Below are positions 61,291-64,000 of a stretch of 64,000 nucleotides of DNA, in pieces. Below the pieces are notes generated by a model, which did not search any database, had not been told where the DNA came from, and saw only the letters and a list, made by a program, of their open reading frames with translations. Source of the DNA: Octopus sinensis (Eukaryota); the NCBI RefSeq assembly GCF_006345805.1, contig NC_042997.1, positions 195,672,001 through 195,736,000 of the forward strand, read 5' to 3'. The position numbers and the translations under genes are program-made. Within the stretch, counting starts at the first letter, position 1, and each line of letters starts with the position of its first letter.

Positions 61291-61925
61291 ATAAGGGCAT
61301 TTTAAACTGTAAAAATGCTTATGTTTTGAATACAGGCTGAGCCTTAGTTTCTGAGCCAAGGATCTACGAAAAGCATATTTAAGACAGAGAACAGAAGCCA
61401 CATTACATTACACCACGCAATAGCCTCAGTTCAATTATCGCCAGGATATATTATGTTTTGTCAGACATCGTTAAAATAAATAGCAGTAAGTTCTAAAAAA
61501 TTATATTACTAATTTGAAGAAATATTCAGGATAGTTGATATGTTAAATATTCTAAAAAGTTCACAGGTTAATAGGAAGTAATTAAGAAACTTTAAGAATT
61601 AATATGGTATCATAAAATTATATAAATCATAAAAATATAATAAATATTTAAATACACATAAATTTATATAGTTAAAGTGCTTATAATTTATAATTCAGCT
61701 GAAAGTAAAATTTCTGATATGAATTTATTTTTGCATATATTCCAAAGTGTTGATAATTGAGTTTGATATATTTAGTGCAAAATTATTAATAATGTATTAT
61801 GGCAGTGTTAATGTATTAGTTTAATCATATGTGAATTTACATTAACTCGTTTGTTTTTTCGCCCAGATTAATTGGTCTTTCTCACCCTCTCTCTCTCTTC
61901 TCTCTCTCTCTCTGTCAGTCTCTCT

Positions 61926-61989
<64 letters not shown>

Positions 61990-62504
61990 TTATATATTTA
62001 GCTAGCTGTAAGATAAATCTCTCGGATGCTCTAGGATAAAACATCAGTGATGCTTCTGATATCTTAGGGATTTTCGGATTTTTCAGCATCAGACCCCCAC
62101 CTTAAACATACACTCACATGCACATACACACACACATAATACACACAAACACACACATATAAAAATATATATATATACACACATACATATATATATATAC
62201 ATGTGTACATATATACATAATATATATATATATACACATACATATATATATATATAATATTATTAGAGACAAATATATATAAATGTGTACGTATATATAC
62301 ACATATATACATACATATATATATATATAATATATATATATATATACACGCATATATACATATATATATACATATATACATGCATATATATATATATATA
62401 TATATATGACATAAATATACATATATCTATATATATATATATTATATATATATATTTAATATATATATATACATACATATATATATATATATATATAATA
62501 TATA

Positions 62505-62820
62505 TATTTAAAAATTAAGGTAGAAATGATATTAGTCAATTAAAACAGTGGTCTAGCACATAAAAAGAATCCGAGATTAAAATATTATATATAACATTAA
62601 GGACTGAACACGAAAAGGTGGACAGTAACATGCTAGATATAGACGTCAAATCGCCCTTCTCCACAAGGATATGTTATCACATAAAAATAAAAATAAAAAT
62701 AAACATAAAAATAAAAATAAAAATAAAATATTTTATTGGAACATAATCCTTGTGGAGAATGGCGATTGACGTCATATCTAGCATGTTGATGTCCACCTTT
62801 TCGTGTTCAGTCCTTAATTG
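62505..62820. mobile_element. PLE-derived inverted repeat, same family as 3927-4665
   Basis: Shares CATGCTAGATATAGACGTCAAATCGC. Arms at about 62595-62675 and 62740-62818 with an (AAAAAT)n spacer; (TA)n flanks. Confidence 0.75.
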
Positions 62821-62836
62821 GTATATATAGATATAG

Positions 62837-62888
<52 letters not shown>

Positions 62889-63932
62889 CGATATATATAT
62901 ATATATATATATAGTAATAAATATATACAAAACACGCACACACACATACACACACACACATATATATATACACACTCAGACAGATACACAACCATAATTA
63001 GATTGGCTCAGAAGGAAGAGCTCTTTCCATGCTCGTCACGGGTCTTCTAATTCGGTGACATGTTGACGAGGAAGTTTTGTGGGAAGAGACCTAGCTATAG
63101 TGTACACCATGATTTATGGAGAGTAGGTCAGAAAGAAAGAAAGAAAGAGAGAGAGAGACAGAGAGAGAGAGAGAATACCATCTACAGACGCTGCGTTTGT
63201 GAGATCTGTCAGAGAGCCATCCAAGGGATGGGAAGCGGACGGAGCCGAAAACAAGCATACTACTGCTAGCTGTGGACAAAAGCTTTACTAACATCGGAGG
63301 CGTCAACATTGTTTTTAGTAAATATTTCGAGGATCAATACCTACAGATATGTGGTATAGAAAATTAGTTCTTCATAAGCCATACAGGTAACCATTAAATA
63401 AGAAAAGAGACGATTTAAGATTTTCCAATGCTGCAAGTGGCTGTCTCCATTACCTTCGAGAAATTGGAAGTGAGTGCGATAGGACAGTAGTTATTAGGAT
63501 CAGAGAAATGGCTCTTCCTGGGAGTGGAACACATTGTAGTGCGTTCAAAAGATCGGTATTTATTAGTGAAGAGGATTAAACAGAGTGAGAGAGAGAGTCT
63601 GTGTGTATATGTGTAAGAGAGAGAGACAAAGGGAGATATAGAGAGGAAAAGATTTGAAGAGTTCGGTGTGAAAGGTCTGGGACGAAGTGATTGACGGCAA
63701 TGGACAGGAAATGAGCAGGGCCAGTGACCTTATTAGTTTAAAGCGAAAGGAGGTGCATTCTCACCTGGTCCGTGGGTATTCATGCTCGTCATCCCGCTAC
63801 TTCTACTTTGCAATGAAGAATGAAAAGAAGACATGATATATTAACAAAGACAATATGAACAACATGACGTAATACAAATGTTATATCCACTCTTGCATTG
63901 CTTTCGGTACAACACTCGTGTATATATATATA

Positions 63933-63976
<44 letters not shown>

Positions 63977-64000
63977 TTGTGTGTATGTGTGTGTGTGAAT

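Noticed and set aside
63230-63720. Possible L1/Tx1 ORF2 C-terminal relic
   Set aside because: Only vague resemblance, with no diagnostic motif I can support.

Overview
AT-rich, microsatellite-saturated eukaryotic DNA, most likely non-coding (intronic or intergenic) sequence of an Octopus-type cephalopod. The taxon is my inference from the SINE families and a COX2 NUMT that reads in the invertebrate mitochondrial code. No host gene can be called with confidence, and nearly all of the provided ORFs are microsatellite artefacts. The window is a catalogue of mobile DNA: several tRNA-derived SINE families (some in head-less ~185-bp tandem arrays), CR1/L2-type, RTE and RLE-type LINE fragments, two Penelope-like element (PLE) lineages (Naiad-like RT+GIY-YIG and Neptune-like GIY-YIG), a full-length mariner, two non-autonomous Helitrons, a Tigger-like MITE and a 9-bp-TSD MITE with telomere-like repeats. 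Four things stand out. (1) A recurring architecture of ORF-less palindromic elements in (TA)n, with 3' ends pointing outward, most carrying type I hammerhead ribozyme motifs; the best has two identical intact-looking ribozymes at 42586-42664 and 42899-42977. (2) A 2.05-kb ORF1-only zinc-knuckle retroelement (HAL1-like) with a 15-bp TSD inside a SINE tRNA head, with a distant relative at 56.8-58 kb. (3) A COX2 NUMT wedged between two 5'-truncated retroelements. (4) Twin-priming-type inversions in a PLE and an RTE. There is a 100-N assembly gap at 45706-45805.
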